Source: Rhodosorus marinus CCMP1338 (taxonomy: Eukaryota > Plantae > Rhodophyta). Taken from it: 64,000 bases of DNA. The notes under the pieces are model-generated. The model made no database searches, was not told the DNA's origin, and saw only the letters and a list, made by a program, of their open reading frames with translations. Shown here one piece after another: positions 62,235 through 64,000 of the stretch. Made by a program: the position numbers and the translations under genes. Location of the stretch: NCBI GenBank assembly GCA_029953675.1, contig JAMWBK010000005.1:2170001-2234000 (forward strand), written 5' to 3'. Within the stretch, counting starts at the first letter, position 1. The number at the start of each line of letters is the position of its first letter.

Positions 62235-63725
62235 TCACCTGAGCACACTCGCCTTGGGTGCGCTGCTTGGTATATTTTTCGGCTCAATGAGCATGTCACT
62301 ACCAGCAATCGGCGCGTCGTCGAGGAGGGGCTTAAAACCTTCATTTGCCAGCTGAATATTGTGAAGTACAGCGGCTGGGCGAATCCTGGTGTCTGAACAC
62401 ACAAGCATGATGCTGGTGCATACGGTGAAATCCAAAATCAGCACTGTGGAGTTGGCATTTTGAACCTGCAGGGATTCCAGTCCAGCTCTCTTTTTGTTGC
62501 AACTGAGTTTGAACTGCTTGATAATGTTGCTGATCTTTTCGAATCGGTGTATGTCATCATGTGGCCTAAATTGTCGAAGAAGTAGAGCAATGTGAGGTAA
62601 ATGATCTGTCGTGCATCGGATACTCCGCGCAGTTGCGGTACAAATTCTCACTCAATAACCGCATGGGCAATGACAAGGAATGTCGCTCTTTCAAATATGA
62701 CGACCTCGTCAGCCTCGCACACTTCACATAACGCGCGCAACTTAGCCTTCAAAGTGTCCAGGTTCGAGATAAGGCAACGAACGATTTCCGACCAGGCTTT
62801 GTACAAAGTTTCGTCCCATATTGATGTCCAAAAACACGTCAAATCTAAGCGCTCCCCAATCTTTTTCAGTTGTGCCTCACGTACTTTACAAAACTAAACA
62901 GGGTGGGTGCCCCGGTCAGCATTTGAGAACTCATGGAATAGACGAATCTATGGATATATCTACTCACCTGTTCTCGCTCATTCTCATTTATCAGGTCCAT
63001 CTTGTGCACGAGGCAGAAGATTTTTGCGCCGCGACTGTTAGTATAAATAGCATCACACACTCGACGAAAATAGTCAGTATCTTTGGTTTCCATGCTCTCC
63101 GCATCGAAAACATAAATTAGGACTGCAACATCCTTGAAAACATTCTCCTGCTCGGCTTCCAGAAAGTTGTCGATGAAATGATCCTGCCTTCGGGATTGGA
63201 CACCCACCAATGTTGAATGAAAAAAACGAGCGCAGCTTCAGGACGAGGAATTGATTCGTGCTAGATGACGCAGCTAATGCCACCAGGTTGCCCAACAGGG
63301 GAGCAAGTTTCAAGCCTGGTATATTGTGCTCACTATGGCTCTACAAGGCGCGGAATCTTCGTCAGTGGCCAACGTATGTTGACTTTCTAACAATATTCGT
63401 CTCATTCGGCAAACTGCCGTCTGAAGGTGTCCTAAGATTTGTTATAAATCATCCCCCGAAGCATTCCAAGATCAAGATCGAGCAGTCTATCCTAGAGAAA
63501 ACGAACCATCTTGCATGGACAGAGAATTCATACTCACCCTCCACAATCCCAGAGGCTTAGTGTGAGGCTTCCAAGGAACCGAATGTTCGAATGCTCGACG
63601 TCGATAGTTGCACCAAGTCGCGAAGTCTCCCTCGGTACGTAATTCGCGAAGATGATCGATCTCATTGAAGTCTTTCCTGCCCCGCTCTTACCCATCAGCA
63701 GCAACTTTTGTTTTACCGCCGCCAT
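62235..63725 (-). CDS. GTR1: RagA/Gtr1 GTPase (TORC1 amino-acid signalling), multi-exon
   Basis: [23 protein letters not shown]...[10 protein letters not shown]; LWDCGGQ; [10 protein letters not shown]; [18 protein letters not shown]; FERATFLVI; [17 protein letters not shown]. Confidence 0.96.
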
Positions 63726-64000
63726 GATCCACCACCACACTCAAGATCCCCAGGCAAACGACAAAATCAAGAACAAAAAACAAACTGGCGGCAAGATCCT
63801 CCACCCCTTCCAACTCATCCCCAACACAGCTTTCTCAACAGAAAACAACTTCCTCTCTTATCCTCTATTTCACTAGTTGTCCAGCTTCAAAAAAAAATCC
63901 ACAGGCGTTTTTCCACATCAAACGTTCCCTGTCAACCCAAACCGATGTGAAACGCACATCCCTTTCTGAGGATCTACAAGGGAAATACTTACCTCTAAAG

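Noticed and set aside
63985-63995. ATACTTACCTC at the window end looks like a second U1 5' end
   Set aside because: It diverges right after the first 10 nt (CTC instead of CTGG) and equals the reverse complement of a perfect splice donor (AG|GTAAGTAT) on the minus strand. The window ends before anything more can be tested.

Overview
Compact, intron-rich eukaryotic nuclear DNA (short GT-AG introns, mostly about 50-170 nt) from a plastid-bearing organism. A unicellular red alga is my inference from gene content and transit-peptide style; it is not verified. Supported genes, in order: a 9-exon coiled-coil/UBL/UBL/thioredoxin/PUB/UIM fusion, a CCDC51 (MITOK)-like protein, a two-repeat MYB, tRNA-Ser(CGA), TCTP, an MGNCCG-led Ala/Glu-rich repeat protein, an LTO1/ORAOV1-like protein, Rab6, a tandem DUF760 protein, an SCI1-like protein, organellar bL35, a U1 snRNA, a C2H2 zinc-finger protein, a ~13 kb BEACH/WD40 gene, a Lines-like protein, an intron-containing NAD+-dependent DNA ligase, a 13-motif P-type PPR protein and RagA/Gtr1. 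An ~8 kb gene-poor interval (26250-34550) holds the U1 gene, a hairpin-rich segment, a 9-bp minisatellite and many G/C runs. I saw no transposase, reverse transcriptase, rRNA or CRISPR array. The best leads are the UBL-UBL-TRX-PUB-UIM architecture, the lengthened U1 with variant protein-binding loops, the MITOK-like gene, the organelle-targeted LigA, the acylated Ala/Glu repeat protein and the minisatellite. All family calls come from motif recognition by eye, not database searches.
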